64,000 bases of DNA from Thermoanaerobaculia bacterium (GCA_035995985.1 DASYJY010000155.1:16416-80415), one strand, 5' to 3'; positions 19,357 to 29,056 are shown, counted from the stretch's first letter. Notes: generated by a model not told the origin, from the sequence alone. A program made the numbers and translations.

Positions 19357-20178
19357 ATGGCGATGGAAATCCGCCCGCCCGCAGTCGCCGGCACCTTCTA
19401 CGAGGGGACTACGGAGCGGTTGGCCGCGCAGGTTGCGGCCTGCGTCGCCGAAAATCCGGAGCCGGAGTCGAAGGAGCGCTTCATCGGGGCGGTCGTGCCG
19501 CACGCTGGATTGATGTACAGCGGCCACGTGGCCGCGGCGTTCTATTCGGCCGCCGATCTGCCGCGCCGGTTCATCATCCTTTGCCCGAATCACACCGGCT
19601 TCGGCCACTTCGCTGCGATCAACCGTTCCGGTCAGTGGTCGACGCCGCTGGGCAGCGTCTCGATCGATACGCCGCTTGCCGACGCGCTCATGCAGCAGTC
19701 GCAGCTTCTTGCCGAGGACTCGCGTGCGCACGCGCGAGAGCATTCGCTGGAAGTTCAGCTCCCCTTCCTCCAGCAACTTCTCGGCGATTTCACCTTCGTC
19801 CCGATCTGCCTCGGCGCGAACCGATACGACTACTGCGAACAGATCGGCCACGCCATCGCCACCGTGGTTGCAGCGGCCGGCGAGCCGGTCGGAATCCTGG
19901 CCAGCTCGGACCTCAATCACTACGAGGACCAGAAGACGACGTTGCGCAAGGACCAGCTCGCGATCGATGAAGTGCTCAAGCTCGATCCGCGGGCGTTGTG
20001 GCGCGTCGTCGAAGAGTCCGACATCTCCATGTGCGGCTTCATCCCGACGACGACGATGCTCATCGCCGCGAAACAACTCGGCGCGAAAGAAGCAACGCTG
20101 CTCAAGCACGCCACGAGCGGCGACATCAACGGCGACTATTCGCACGTGGTGGGTTACGCCGCGATCGTTGTCGTTTGA
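19357..20178 (+). CDS. MEMO1 / AmmeMemoRadiSam system protein B family
   Basis: IRPPAVAGTFYEG and GAVVPHAGLMYSGHVAA motifs. Confidence 0.8.
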   Translation: MAMEIRPPAVAGTFYEGTTERLAAQVAACVAENPEPESKERFIGAVVPHAGLMYSGHVAAAFYSAADLPRRFIILCPNHTGFGHFAAINRSGQWSTPLGSVSIDTPLADALMQQSQLLAEDSRAHAREHSLEVQLPFLQQLLGDFTFVPICLGANRYDYCEQIGHAIATVVAAAGEPVGILASSDLNHYEDQKTTLRKDQLAIDEVLKLDPRALWRVVEESDISMCGFIPTTTMLIAAKQLGAKEATLLKHATSGDINGDYSHVVGYAAIVVV

Positions 20179-20181
20179 ACC

Positions 20182-21648
20182 ATGAAGATCCTCTTCGCAA
20201 GCGCCGAGGTTTCTCCGATCGCGAAGACCGGCGGATTGGGCGATGTGTGCGGATCGCTGCCGAAGGCGCTGGCGAAGCTGGGACATGACGTCACGATCTT
20301 CATGCCTTGCTATCGGCAGGCGCGCGAGTGGTTTTCGAACAACGGAATCGAGCTCGAAGAGGCGCTGCCAGCGACGCGCGTGGCGTGGGCGAATTGGGCG
20401 GCCGAGGCGAATTTTCTGAGGACGACACTGCCGGGAACGGACATCTCGCTGATTCTCGTCGCCAACGATTACTACTTTCGGCGTCCGCAGATTTATTCGC
20501 CGCGTGTCGACGGCTACGACGACGGCATCGACCGCTTCACGTTCTTCTGCCGCGCCGTCATCCGCGGATGCGAGCTCCTCGGCATCGCGCCGGACATCGT
20601 CCACGCCCACGACTGGCACACCGCGCTGCTGCCGGTCTATCTGCACTCCGGGCTGAGCGGGAGCGATTACTTTCGCGCGGCGCGTTCGGTCTACACGATC
20701 CACAATCTCAACTACCAGGGCATCAGCGGCGCCGAACGATTTGGCACCCTCGGGTTATACAGCCGCTACTGGGCGCCGGACGCCGTCGAGCATTTCGGCG
20801 ACATCAATCTGATGAAGGGCGGCATCATCCTGGCGGACCAGGTCACGACGGTTTCGCCGACCTACGCGAAGGAAATCCAGACGCACGAACATGGCGCGGG
20901 ACTGGACGGAATTCTGCGCAGCCTTTCGTTCAAGCTGCAAGGCATCGTGAACGGCATCGACGTAGAGGAGTGGGATTCGGAGACCGATCCGCACCTCCGC
21001 TCGCATTTTTCGGCGCAGCGGCTGGCGGGCAAGAACCTGTCGAAACGCGCGCTGCTCCGTGAGTTGAAACTGCCGCTCAAGGCGAAGACGCCGCTGCTGT
21101 CATTCATCTCGCGGCTCGTTGATCAGAAGGGGATCGATCTCCTGATCGAGGCGCTCCCGCACATGCTCGCCGCCGGAGCGCAGGCCATCATCCTCGGCTC
21201 AGGCGAACCGCGTTACGAAGATGCGCTGCAGCAGATCGCGGCGCAGTTTCCCGATTCCTGCCGCGTCGTCATCGGCTTCGACAACGCGCTCGCGCATCGC
21301 ATCTACGCCGGAGCCGACATCCTGCTCATGCCGTCGATGTACGAGCCGTGCGGTCTCAATCAAATGTACGCGCTGCGCTACGGCACGGTGCCTGTCGTGC
21401 GGATGACCGGCGGTCTGGCTGACACCGTGATCCCGTTTTACGGCGCGAATCTCGAAACGGCCAACGGCTTCGGATTTCTCTCGACGAATGCCGCCGACTT
21501 TTTCACTGCCACATGGCTGGCGATGCTCAACTACCGCGAACCGAAAACGTGGCGCCGCCTGCAGGCAAACGGCATGGCCGCCGATTTTTCGTGGGAACGT
21601 TCGGCGCGCGAATACGAGTCGGTCTACCATCGCGCGCTCAACTCATGA
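20182..21648 (+). CDS. glgA: glycogen synthase (ADP-glucose type)
   Basis: MKILFASAEVSPIAKTGGLGDVCGSLPKAL and PSMYEPCGLNQMYALRYGT. Confidence 0.9.
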   Translation: MKILFASAEVSPIAKTGGLGDVCGSLPKALAKLGHDVTIFMPCYRQAREWFSNNGIELEEALPATRVAWANWAAEANFLRTTLPGTDISLILVANDYYFRRPQIYSPRVDGYDDGIDRFTFFCRAVIRGCELLGIAPDIVHAHDWHTALLPVYLHSGLSGSDYFRAARSVYTIHNLNYQGISGAERFGTLGLYSRYWAPDAVEHFGDINLMKGGIILADQVTTVSPTYAKEIQTHEHGAGLDGILRSLSFKLQGIVNGIDVEEWDSETDPHLRSHFSAQRLAGKNLSKRALLRELKLPLKAKTPLLSFISRLVDQKGIDLLIEALPHMLAAGAQAIILGSGEPRYEDALQQIAAQFPDSCRVVIGFDNALAHRIYAGADILLMPSMYEPCGLNQMYALRYGTVPVVRMTGGLADTVIPFYGANLETANGFGFLSTNAADFFTATWLAMLNYREPKTWRRLQANGMAADFSWERSAREYESVYHRALNS

Positions 21649-22109
21649 AAGCCGCCGCATACGAAGAATGCTTTCAGTCCATCGCTGCGATCTGGCGGGA
21701 TGAAGACGGTCAGTCGCTCGACGACATCGCGTTGATGGCGACGATCAACTCCGTCCTCTCGCATCGTTTCCCGCATTTTTACTGGACCGGCTTCTATCGC
21801 ATCTGCGGCACGCGGCTGATCGTCGGCCCGTACATCGGAACGGTCGGCTGCCTGCAGATCGAAATCGGCCAGGGGGTCTGCGGAACGGCGGCCGCGAAGC
21901 GCGAAACGGTCATCGTTGCGGACGTGAACCAGTTTCCCGGCCACATCGCCTGCGATCCGAATTCGAAGTCGGAGATCGTCGTGCCGGTCTCCGGTCCCGA
22001 GGGTGAGTTGATCGCGGTGCTGGACGTCGATTCCAACCAGCTCGACTCGTTCGACGAAGACGATCAGCGCGGACTGGAAAAAATCATCGCGCTCTTTCGA
22101 GAACTGTAG
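21645..22109 (+). CDS. GAF-domain protein (free methionine-R-sulfoxide reductase family)
   Basis: ATG 21645 overlaps the glgA stop (ATGA). FYWTGFYR and GQGVCGTAAAKRETVIVADVNQFPGHIACD motifs. Confidence 0.8.
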   Translation: MKAAAYEECFQSIAAIWRDEDGQSLDDIALMATINSVLSHRFPHFYWTGFYRICGTRLIVGPYIGTVGCLQIEIGQGVCGTAAAKRETVIVADVNQFPGHIACDPNSKSEIVVPVSGPEGELIAVLDVDSNQLDSFDEDDQRGLEKIIALFREL

Positions 22110-22130
22110 GGCCGCCGTTTCCGGCGGCCC
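22109..22130. terminator. GC-rich hairpin between convergent genes (no T-run)
   Basis: gggccgccg-tttc-cggcggccc immediately after the GAF gene stop. Confidence 0.4.
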
Positions 22131-22140
22131 TGATCGAACG

Positions 22141-22557
22141 TCAGGCGGTGGCGAGTTGAGAGGAGCGTGAGTCACCGAAACCGAGGATCGGAAAGAAGAC
22201 GAACGGCAGCAGCCACAGACCGATCCCGAAGCCCGTGCCTTTGTCGAATCTCGCTGCGATCGCGAGACATACCAGGAGCCACACGATGAAGTTGACGCCC
22301 GGGATGATCATCAGAATGATCCACCACAGAGGCTTTCCAGCGATTTCGAGCGCGACGATGATGTTGTAAATCGGGATGATCGCGGCCCAACCGGGCTTGC
22401 CGGCTTTTGTAAAGACCTTCCACATGCCGATGATCATCAGGAGGACGACCGCCAGATAGCAGATCATCACTCCCATGCCGAGGCCGGCGCCGAGCGGCGA
22501 AATGCCTGTGGTGGTCGTGGTCTCCTGTAATAACGCGAGCGGCAACAGAGTGTTCAT
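22141..22557 (-). CDS. small membrane protein, DUF5684-like
   Basis: 138 aa. WKVFTKAGKPGWAAIIPIYNIIVALEIAGKPLWW matches my recollection of DUF5684. Confidence 0.55.
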   Translation of the reverse strand: MNTLLPLALLQETTTTTGISPLGAGLGMGVMICYLAVVLLMIIGMWKVFTKAGKPGWAAIIPIYNIIVALEIAGKPLWWIILMIIPGVNFIVWLLVCLAIAARFDKGTGFGIGLWLLPFVFFPILGFGDSRSSQLATA

Positions 22558-22634
22558 ATCCTTCTCCTTCTTCTTCCCGTTTTGGTGGACGAGTGGCGAC
22601 AGTACACCGGACTCTGCCGCAAATATAGTGACGG

Positions 22635-23198
22635 TTAACCAGCGATCACACTGAGCTCGTCGACGATGTCGCGAAGTGAGTGAAAACGGATCGATTCCGG
22701 GCCGGCGATCAGCGCGTTCAGCGACGGAGTTTCAAAGCCGGCGGCAAGGAGTTGTCGCGCGATCGGGATGGCTTCTTCGCGCAGCACCTCCGGCGGATGC
22801 GGCAATTCCTCTGCGGCGCCTTCGACAAACGTCTGCCGCTCGACCGCCTTCATCCGCTCCCGCAGTTTCGACTGAAACGCGCGGATCTGCGCGATCACTG
22901 TCGGATCGAGCGCCGTCGCAGCCGCGAGCGCGTCGATGTCGCGGCGCAGTCTCGCCATCATCGGCGCAAGGCGATCGGCGTCGAGCTGCGGCAACTCATC
23001 GACGGCCGTGCTCAGATCGTTGAACGCGAATTCGATATCGCTCGCGACCGATGCGTTGACGCCGTCGCGCCCGGCCGCGATCGCATTCGCCAGAATGTTG
23101 ATGCTCAATCCCAGTTGCGGCGCGACCTCCGGATCGATGTCGCTCGCGGCCGCGCGCAACTGGAACAGCGCCGCCTCGAGCATCACAACGTCAGTCAT
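22635..23198 (-). CDS. hypothetical acidic, predicted all-helical protein coupled to the SPFH gene
   Basis: ATG 23198 overlaps the SPFH stop (ATGA). 187 aa, no TM segment, no motif I recognise. The longer ORF-track version to 23504 overlaps the SPFH gene and is rejected. Confidence 0.55.
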   Translation of the reverse strand: MTDVVMLEAALFQLRAAASDIDPEVAPQLGLSINILANAIAAGRDGVNASVASDIEFAFNDLSTAVDELPQLDADRLAPMMARLRRDIDALAAATALDPTVIAQIRAFQSKLRERMKAVERQTFVEGAAEELPHPPEVLREEAIPIARQLLAAGFETPSLNALIAGPESIRFHSLRDIVDELSVIAG

Positions 23199-23950
23199 TC
23201 TTTGTTGAGGAACTTCGTCAGTCCGGTGAGGATGTCGATCGGCAGCGGGAAGACGATGGTGGTGTTCTTCTCCACGCCGATCTCCGTCAATGTCTGCAGG
23301 TAGCGGAGCTGCAGGGCTGTCGGCTGCGTGGCCAGAACGTGAGCCGCATCCGCCAGTCTCTGCGACGCCGCGAACTCGCCCTCGGCATGGATCAACTTCG
23401 CCCGCTTCTCGCGCTCGGCCTCGGCCTGCTTGGCCATCGCGCGCAGCATCGACTCCGGCAGATCGACCTGCTTGACCTCGACGTTCGTCACCTTCACGCC
23501 CCACGGCTCGGTGTGCTGATCGAGAATCGTCTGGATGCGCGCGTTGAGCGCGTCGCGATGCGCGAGCAACTCGTCAAGCTCCACTTCGCCGAGAACGGAG
23601 CGAAGCGTGGTCTGTGCGAACTGCGACGTCTGATAGCGGTAGTCGAACACTTCGACGACGGCCCGCCGCGGCTCGATGACGCGCAGGAAAACGACCGCGT
23701 TCACCTTCAGCGTGACGTTGTCGCGCGTGATGATGTCCTGCGGCGGAACTTCGAACGCTTCCTGCCGCAGCGAGACGCGCACGATGCGATCGATCGGCGC
23801 GAAGACGAGAAAGATGCCGGGACCTTTCGCCTCGGAGAGCAGGCGGCCGAGACGAAAAATGACGCCGCGTTCGTACTCGGGGAGGATCTTGATCGAGCTG
23901 AGAAGGTAGAGACCAACAATGATGACGATGATGAGCAGACCGAGATTCAT
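23195..23950 (-). CDS. SPFH/band-7 (stomatin-like) protein
   Basis: ATG 23950 gives [38 protein letters not shown] and [16 protein letters not shown]. Confidence 0.9.
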   Translation of the reverse strand: MNLGLLIIVIIVGLYLLSSIKILPEYERGVIFRLGRLLSEAKGPGIFLVFAPIDRIVRVSLRQEAFEVPPQDIITRDNVTLKVNAVVFLRVIEPRRAVVEVFDYRYQTSQFAQTTLRSVLGEVELDELLAHRDALNARIQTILDQHTEPWGVKVTNVEVKQVDLPESMLRAMAKQAEAEREKRAKLIHAEGEFAASQRLADAAHVLATQPTALQLRYLQTLTEIGVEKNTTIVFPLPIDILTGLTKFLNKE

Positions 23951-23991
23951 GGAAGCCTCCGCGCGGACGTTCAGCGTAGCGCGATTGTAGG

Positions 23992-25257
23992 CTACTCGGC
24001 GGGCTCGACCACGAGATGCAGCCCGTTCACGCTCGCCACACGCACGCGCGTTCCCTCCGCGATCGCGTCGCTGGTGACCGCGTTCCACAGCTCGCCGTGA
24101 ACGAACACTTTTCCGTCCGGTCCGAGCGGCGTGCGCGCAATTCCAATCAAACCGACCATCCCTTCTTTGCCCGTGGCGATCTTCCCGTGCCGCGCTTTGA
24201 GAACGAGCGTAGTCAGGAAAACGGCAATCACGCCGATTGGAATGCTCACCGCAATCGCCGTGATGATGTTCACGCGCATCTGCGGAATCGGCCCGTCGAC
24301 AAGAAACAGAGCGCCGATGACCATACTGACGATGCCGCCGATGACGAGGACACCGTGCGAGGCGAACTTCGCCTCGAGCGCGAACAGCGCGAATGCGACA
24401 AGCAGCAGCGCCAGCGCGGCGAACCGCGTCGGGAGAAAATTCAGCGCGAAAAGCGCAAGCACGATGGCGATCACGCCGACCACGCCCGGAATCACCGCGC
24501 CGGGATGATTGAACTCCGCGAAGATTGCCAGCCCGCCAAGGACCAGCAGCAGGAAGGCGATGTTCGGATCCATCAGCGACGACATCAGCCGCTGCCGCAC
24601 CGTCATCTCGATGGTATTGATCTGCGCGTTGGCCACGTGCAGCGTTACGTTCGAGCCGTCGTAGCGCTTGAACGTGCGGCCATCGATCGCCCGCAGGAGC
24701 GCCTGCTCATTCGGCGCGATCACGTCGATCAACTTCAGCTGCAGTGCCTCCTGCTCGGTGAATGACTTCGACTCGCGTACCGCGCTCTCGGCCACGGCGA
24801 CGTTGCGTCCGCGTCTGTTCGCGATCGTGCGCATGAAGGCGGCGGCATCGTTCTCCATCTTCGCCTTCATGATCTCGTCCATCTTTTCGCCGAGAAGGAC
24901 GGGATGCGCCGCGCCGGTGTTCGTGCCGGGCGCCATCGCCGCTACGTCCGCCGATTCGAGGATGAAGAATCCCGCCGATGCGGCACGGCTCCCGGCCGGC
25001 GCGACATAGACGATCACCGGCACGCGAGATGTCATGATCTTCTCCACGATCGAACGCGTGGAGTCGAGCAGCCCGCCGGGTGTGGTGAGCATGATGATGA
25101 CGGCGTCGTCGTGTTCCCGCTGCGCCTGATCGATTGCGCGTCCGATGAACTCGTCGCTGATCGGATGAATCGTGTCGTTGATCGTTAGCCGCAGCACGTT
25201 GGCGTGCAATTGAACGGCGGCGGCAAACAACGCGGCGAGAACAAGAGCGCGTCTCAT
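23992..25257 (-). CDS. NfeD family membrane-bound ClpP-class serine protease
   Basis: Signal peptide [17 protein letters not shown]. ClpP-like domain ([16 protein letters not shown]). TM block. C-terminal NfeD OB domain ([14 protein letters not shown]). Confidence 0.85.
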   Translation of the reverse strand: MRRALVLAALFAAAVQLHANVLRLTINDTIHPISDEFIGRAIDQAQREHDDAVIIMLTTPGGLLDSTRSIVEKIMTSRVPVIVYVAPAGSRAASAGFFILESADVAAMAPGTNTGAAHPVLLGEKMDEIMKAKMENDAAAFMRTIANRRGRNVAVAESAVRESKSFTEQEALQLKLIDVIAPNEQALLRAIDGRTFKRYDGSNVTLHVANAQINTIEMTVRQRLMSSLMDPNIAFLLLVLGGLAIFAEFNHPGAVIPGVVGVIAIVLALFALNFLPTRFAALALLLVAFALFALEAKFASHGVLVIGGIVSMVIGALFLVDGPIPQMRVNIITAIAVSIPIGVIAVFLTTLVLKARHGKIATGKEGMVGLIGIARTPLGPDGKVFVHGELWNAVTSDAIAEGTRVRVASVNGLHLVVEPAE

Positions 25258-25303
25258 GGCCGATGATCGTACTCCTGATGCCAAATCACCTCACGTCGCA
25301 GGT

Positions 25304-26701
25304 CTACTGTGGCCCGTAGTCCGGCGTCGGCTCGTAGTTGAAGAACTTGGTGATGTCGTTTCGAAAGACGAGCTTGAAATCGCCGATCGGACCGTTGCGC
25401 TGTTTGCCGATGATGATCTCGGCGATCCCCTTCTCCTCGGTGTCCTTGTTGTAGACCTCATCGCGGTAGATGAAGCAGACAACGTCGGCGTCCTGCTCGA
25501 TGGATCCCGATTCGCGAAGGTCGGAGAGTTGCGGACGGTGATCGCCCGTGCGCTGCTCGGGACGGCGGGAGAGCTGCGACAGCGCGATGAGCGGAACGTT
25601 CAGTTCCTTCGCGATCGCTTTCAAGCCGCGCGAGATCTGCGAAACCTCCTGGTTGCGCGACTCGACCTTCCCCTTGACCGACATGAGCTGAAGATAGTCG
25701 ACCATGATCATGTCGAGACCCGCCTCCATCTTCAGACGCCTAGCCTTGGCGCGCATTTCCATGATGTCGATGCCCGGCGTGTCATCGATGAAGATCTTGG
25801 CCTTGGCCAAGCGCGCGGAGGCGTCGGCGAGATCGCGCCAGTTCCGCTCGCTGAGCATGCCCGCGCGGATGAGGTGATTGGAAACGCCCGACTCCGACGA
25901 AAGGATACGAAGTCCGATCTGCTCCTTTGACATTTCGAGCGAGAAAACGCCGACCGCGTACAGCCGCTGCGACGGCGCCCGCGGCTCGCCGGAGCGGTCG
26001 GGGATGGCGATCGATTCGGCCATGTTCATCATAAAACTGGTCTTTCCCATGCTGGGTCTCGCCGCGATGATGATCAGATCCTGCGCCTGGAATCCCGAGG
26101 TGAACTCGTTGAATCGGTCGTAGCCGGTGGGGATGCCGGTGATCAGTTTTCCGGCGTGCTGCAACTGCTCGATCGCGGTCATGTTTGCGCGCGTGATTCG
26201 ATCGAGCGCGACGAAGCCCTTTTCGATCGATCCCTCCGCGATTTCGTAGATCGACTTCTCGGCGATGTTGAGCACGTCCGCCGGCTCGCCCGGCGAATCG
26301 AGCGCCGCGCGCATGACGGAGTTGCCCATCACGATCAGCCGCCGCAGCGTGGATTTTTCTTTGACGATGTGCGCGTACCGCTCGACGTTGGCGATGTCCG
26401 GAATGCCGTCGATGAGCGATGCGACGTACGCCGTTCCGCCGACCTGCTCGAGCTGAGCGTTCTTCGCCAATTCTTCGCGCAAGGTGAGCAGATCGATCTC
26501 GCGGCTCTGCTCCGCCAGCCGCCGCATCGTGGCAAAAATCGTGCGATGCGCGTCTCGGAAAAAATCCTCGGTATTGATCGTGCTGACCACGCGGTAGAAC
26601 GCATGGTTGTTGATCAGAATCGACCCTAGAACTGCGCGCTCCGCATCCGGAGACTGCGGCAACGGCCGGTCGAGCGCGACATCGAGTTGAGCTACGGACA
26701 T
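25304..26701 (-). CDS. dnaB: replicative DNA helicase
   Basis: DAERAVLGSILINN, AARPSMGKTSF (Walker A) and IDYLQLM-type motifs. The start is taken at ATG 26701. Confidence 0.9.
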   Translation of the reverse strand: MSVAQLDVALDRPLPQSPDAERAVLGSILINNHAFYRVVSTINTEDFFRDAHRTIFATMRRLAEQSREIDLLTLREELAKNAQLEQVGGTAYVASLIDGIPDIANVERYAHIVKEKSTLRRLIVMGNSVMRAALDSPGEPADVLNIAEKSIYEIAEGSIEKGFVALDRITRANMTAIEQLQHAGKLITGIPTGYDRFNEFTSGFQAQDLIIIAARPSMGKTSFMMNMAESIAIPDRSGEPRAPSQRLYAVGVFSLEMSKEQIGLRILSSESGVSNHLIRAGMLSERNWRDLADASARLAKAKIFIDDTPGIDIMEMRAKARRLKMEAGLDMIMVDYLQLMSVKGKVESRNQEVSQISRGLKAIAKELNVPLIALSQLSRRPEQRTGDHRPQLSDLRESGSIEQDADVVCFIYRDEVYNKDTEEKGIAEIIIGKQRNGPIGDFKLVFRNDITKFFNYEPTPDYGPQ

Positions 26702-26815
26702 TGGATGAGGGGGCGCAGTGTGGAGAAGCGCCGACGAAAAAGCATCAGCAGATTGATGCACAGCTTTTACGACGACGATCGCATGCTAAGTCTCATCAGA
26801 TCAATAGGAAGCACG

Positions 26816-26824
26816 TTATCCTCA
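26816..26824 (+). promoter_or_regulatory. DnaA-box-like 9-mer TTATCCTCA (one mismatch to TTATCCACA)
   Basis: Read directly in the dnaB/PPIase divergent intergenic region. Confidence 0.35.
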
Positions 26825-26852
26825 GAGGACGCTATGTGCTCTGTCTACGCCC

Positions 26853-26861
26853 TGTGGATAA
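26853..26861 (-). promoter_or_regulatory. consensus DnaA box (TGTGGATAA on the plus strand, TTATCCACA on the minus strand)
   Basis: Perfect 9-mer, 28 nt from the near-consensus box, in a relatively AT-rich 230-nt intergenic region. Confidence 0.45.
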
Positions 26862-26930
26862 CGGAATGGCTCCTCCGGTAACCCTGTTGGTCAGCGCGCC
26901 GTCTGATACCGCAGTCTGGAGGATTTTCAT

Positions 26931-27911
26931 TTGATCAAGCGAACACTCATTCCGCTGTTGCTGCTGGTTTCGGCGGCATTCGCGCAGCAGGCGCCGCCGG
27001 CGCAAAACGCGCCCGCTCCGCAGTCGACAGCTGCGGCCAACGTCGATGATGCCAAGCGGCCGGTGGCCGTCGTCAACGGTGAAACCATCACTGTCGAAAA
27101 GCTCAACCGCATGTACGCCAACCTCAGCACGCAGATGCGGACCAACTACGACCAGAACGGCGGCAAGGGCGCCTTCCTTGAGAACTACGTCCGCAAGCGT
27201 CTTCTGCTTCAGGAAGCGTTCAAGACCGGCTTCGACAAGAAGCCGGAAGTCGTGGCCACCGTGGAGTCGGCGCGCGAGTCGGCGCTCTTCGACCGGTATG
27301 TGCGCGACGTGGTCGCTTCAGGGATCGTGACCGACAAAGAGATTCGCGACTACTACGACGCGCATCCCGACGATTTCGCCACGCCGGAGAAGGTTCACGT
27401 GCGGCACATCGTCATTGCTGTGACGAACGCCGGACCCGCTCCGAAGACGGATGGCCAGGCAATCGAGCAGATCAGCAAGATCGCCGCGGAGCTGCGCGCG
27501 TCCGACGTCGCGTCAGCGATGGGGAAACCCGACCTGGCAACATTGGCCAAACTGCGCCTGGCGCATTTTGAAGAGGCCGCGAAGAAGTACTCCGAGGATG
27601 GCTCCGCGGCGAGCGGCGGCGACCTTGGATGGATGTCCAAAGGCCAGCTCGATCCCGCGTTCGAAGCGGCCGCCTGGGGGCTGAAGCCGGGAGTGATCAG
27701 CGGCATCGTGCACACGAAGTTCGGCTATCACCTGATCCTTGTCGAAGGGAAAGAGCCGGCCGGTACCGAGCCGTTCGACGCCGTGAAGAACGGCGTGCGC
27801 GAGTACCTCATGACGCAGAAGGCGACCGATGTCGTGAACGCGGTCGCGCGGCTGACGAACGAGCTGAAGGCGAACAGCCGCATCAGCGTTTTCCCTGAGA
27901 ACATCAAGTAG
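26931..27911 (+). CDS. PpiC/parvulin-type peptidyl-prolyl isomerase with SurA/PrsA-like chaperone region, secreted
   Basis: TTG start after GGAGGA. Signal peptide MIKRTLIPLLLLVSAAFAQ. Parvulin motif GGDLGWMSKGQLDPAFEAAAW...FGYHLILVEG. Confidence 0.85.
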   Translation: MIKRTLIPLLLLVSAAFAQQAPPAQNAPAPQSTAAANVDDAKRPVAVVNGETITVEKLNRMYANLSTQMRTNYDQNGGKGAFLENYVRKRLLLQEAFKTGFDKKPEVVATVESARESALFDRYVRDVVASGIVTDKEIRDYYDAHPDDFATPEKVHVRHIVIAVTNAGPAPKTDGQAIEQISKIAAELRASDVASAMGKPDLATLAKLRLAHFEEAAKKYSEDGSAASGGDLGWMSKGQLDPAFEAAAWGLKPGVISGIVHTKFGYHLILVEGKEPAGTEPFDAVKNGVREYLMTQKATDVVNAVARLTNELKANSRISVFPENIK

Positions 27912-27922
27912 CTACTGAATAC

Positions 27923-27953
27923 AAAAACGCCCGCGGAAACGCGGGCGTTTTTC
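27923..27953. terminator. bidirectional rho-independent terminator
   Basis: aaaaa-cgcccgcg-gaaa-cgcgggcg-ttttt between convergent genes. Confidence 0.8.
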
Positions 27954-27975
27954 GTGTGGCACAGACTGTCTGTGC

Positions 27976-28986
27976 TTACGACGCCGCGCTGGCAGCGGCC
28001 GGGGCGCCGTGGGCGGCGTCCCACTCGTCGGCTTCGGTTGAGAAGAGATTGATGCGCGCCTTCTTGTATTCGCGGGTCGGATAGAGCGCCTGTTTCTCGT
28101 TGACGCCGGTGTCGATGGCGATGTCGTTGATGATCGACTCGCACTCGTCGACCGAACGTCCGTGAACGATCGTGTAGAGGTTGTACGGCCAGTCGTCGTA
28201 AACAGGGCGGAGGTAGCAATGTGAGACCGCTTTGTTCTGCGACATCTTCACGCCGATTGCATCAACGCCGTCGCCCTTGACGGCCCAGACGCCCATCGCG
28301 CTGGCGCCGAAGCCCGCCTTACGCGCTGGCACGACGGCGCCGTAGCGCCGGATGTAGCCGCGTTTGAGCAACGACTTCGCCGCGGCCAGCAGCTCGTCGG
28401 CAGCGACTCCGTTCGTACGCGCCATGGCCTCGAACGGCCGCGGCTGAAGCGGCAGATCGCGTTGCAGCAGGCGGACGGATTCAATCTCGACCGGCGTCAG
28501 CTGTGAGAACTCGGCATCGCCGTGCGAATCGTCCGTGTCGCTGCTTCCTTTGAATTGCTTCAGCGTTGGCAGTGGACGGACGGCGTCGCATCCCGCTTCA
28601 TCGCCGAGGAGCTCGACGGTCTTGTCGAGGCCGAGAATTGATGTCGGCGCGACGGCGATCGTGAACCACAGATTGAAGTCGTTGTTGCGCCGGTAATTCT
28701 GCGTCACGCCGGGATGTGCGTTGATTGTCGCGGCCGCGTCGTCAATTCGTTCGGGATCGACTTTGGCGGCAACGAGGCACGATCGGTAGCCGAGAGCGCG
28801 CGCGTCGAATTGCGCGGCCACCTGGCGCACGAGACCGTCGCGCTTCAGGCGCTCGATGCGCTTGATGACTTCTTTTTCCGACATGTCGATCGCCTGTCCG
28901 ATGAGAGCGAACGGCGTTGAAACCAGGGGAATCTCACTTTGCAGGGCACCCAGCAGCTCACGGTCCCGTTGATCGATTTCCTGCAT
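27976..28986 (-). CDS. fused two-module AsnC/Lrp-like protein of the siroheme decarboxylase (AhbA/AhbB, NirD/L) type
   Basis: Two tandem halves. The first has DRELLGALQSEIPLVSTPFALIGQAIDMSEKEVIKRIERLKRDGLVRQ ... HPGVTQNYRRNNDFNLWFT. The second has VSHCYLRPVYDDWPYNLYTIVHGRS. GAGGA SD; TACAAT ~45 nt upstream. Confidence 0.65.
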   Translation of the reverse strand: MQEIDQRDRELLGALQSEIPLVSTPFALIGQAIDMSEKEVIKRIERLKRDGLVRQVAAQFDARALGYRSCLVAAKVDPERIDDAAATINAHPGVTQNYRRNNDFNLWFTIAVAPTSILGLDKTVELLGDEAGCDAVRPLPTLKQFKGSSDTDDSHGDAEFSQLTPVEIESVRLLQRDLPLQPRPFEAMARTNGVAADELLAAAKSLLKRGYIRRYGAVVPARKAGFGASAMGVWAVKGDGVDAIGVKMSQNKAVSHCYLRPVYDDWPYNLYTIVHGRSVDECESIINDIAIDTGVNEKQALYPTREYKKARINLFSTEADEWDAAHGAPAAASAAS

Positions 28987-29056
28987 TTGGATCCTCGGCT
29001 ACTTGTGGCGTTCGGTTGGTGGGGATGCGCCGGATTGTATGAGATCGGGCGCTGCT

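Noticed and set aside
17867-20703. Long antisense ORFs 17867-19513 (+) and 19300-20703 (-) opposite the YihY-family, Memo and glgA genes.
   Set aside because: Arg-rich low-complexity translations. Each is completely shadowed by a motif-bearing gene on the other strand.
22635-23504. 289-aa version of the hypothetical gene downstream of the SPFH gene.
   Set aside because: The first ~100 codons overlap the SPFH coding region out of frame and are Arg/Gly-rich. ATG 23198 coupled to the SPFH stop is preferred.
26702-26930. The region considered as a full chromosomal replication origin.
   Set aside because: It has only two DnaA-box-like sites, no obvious AT-rich unwinding repeats, and no dnaA/dnaN neighbourhood. 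I kept it only as a possible DnaA-regulated promoter region.
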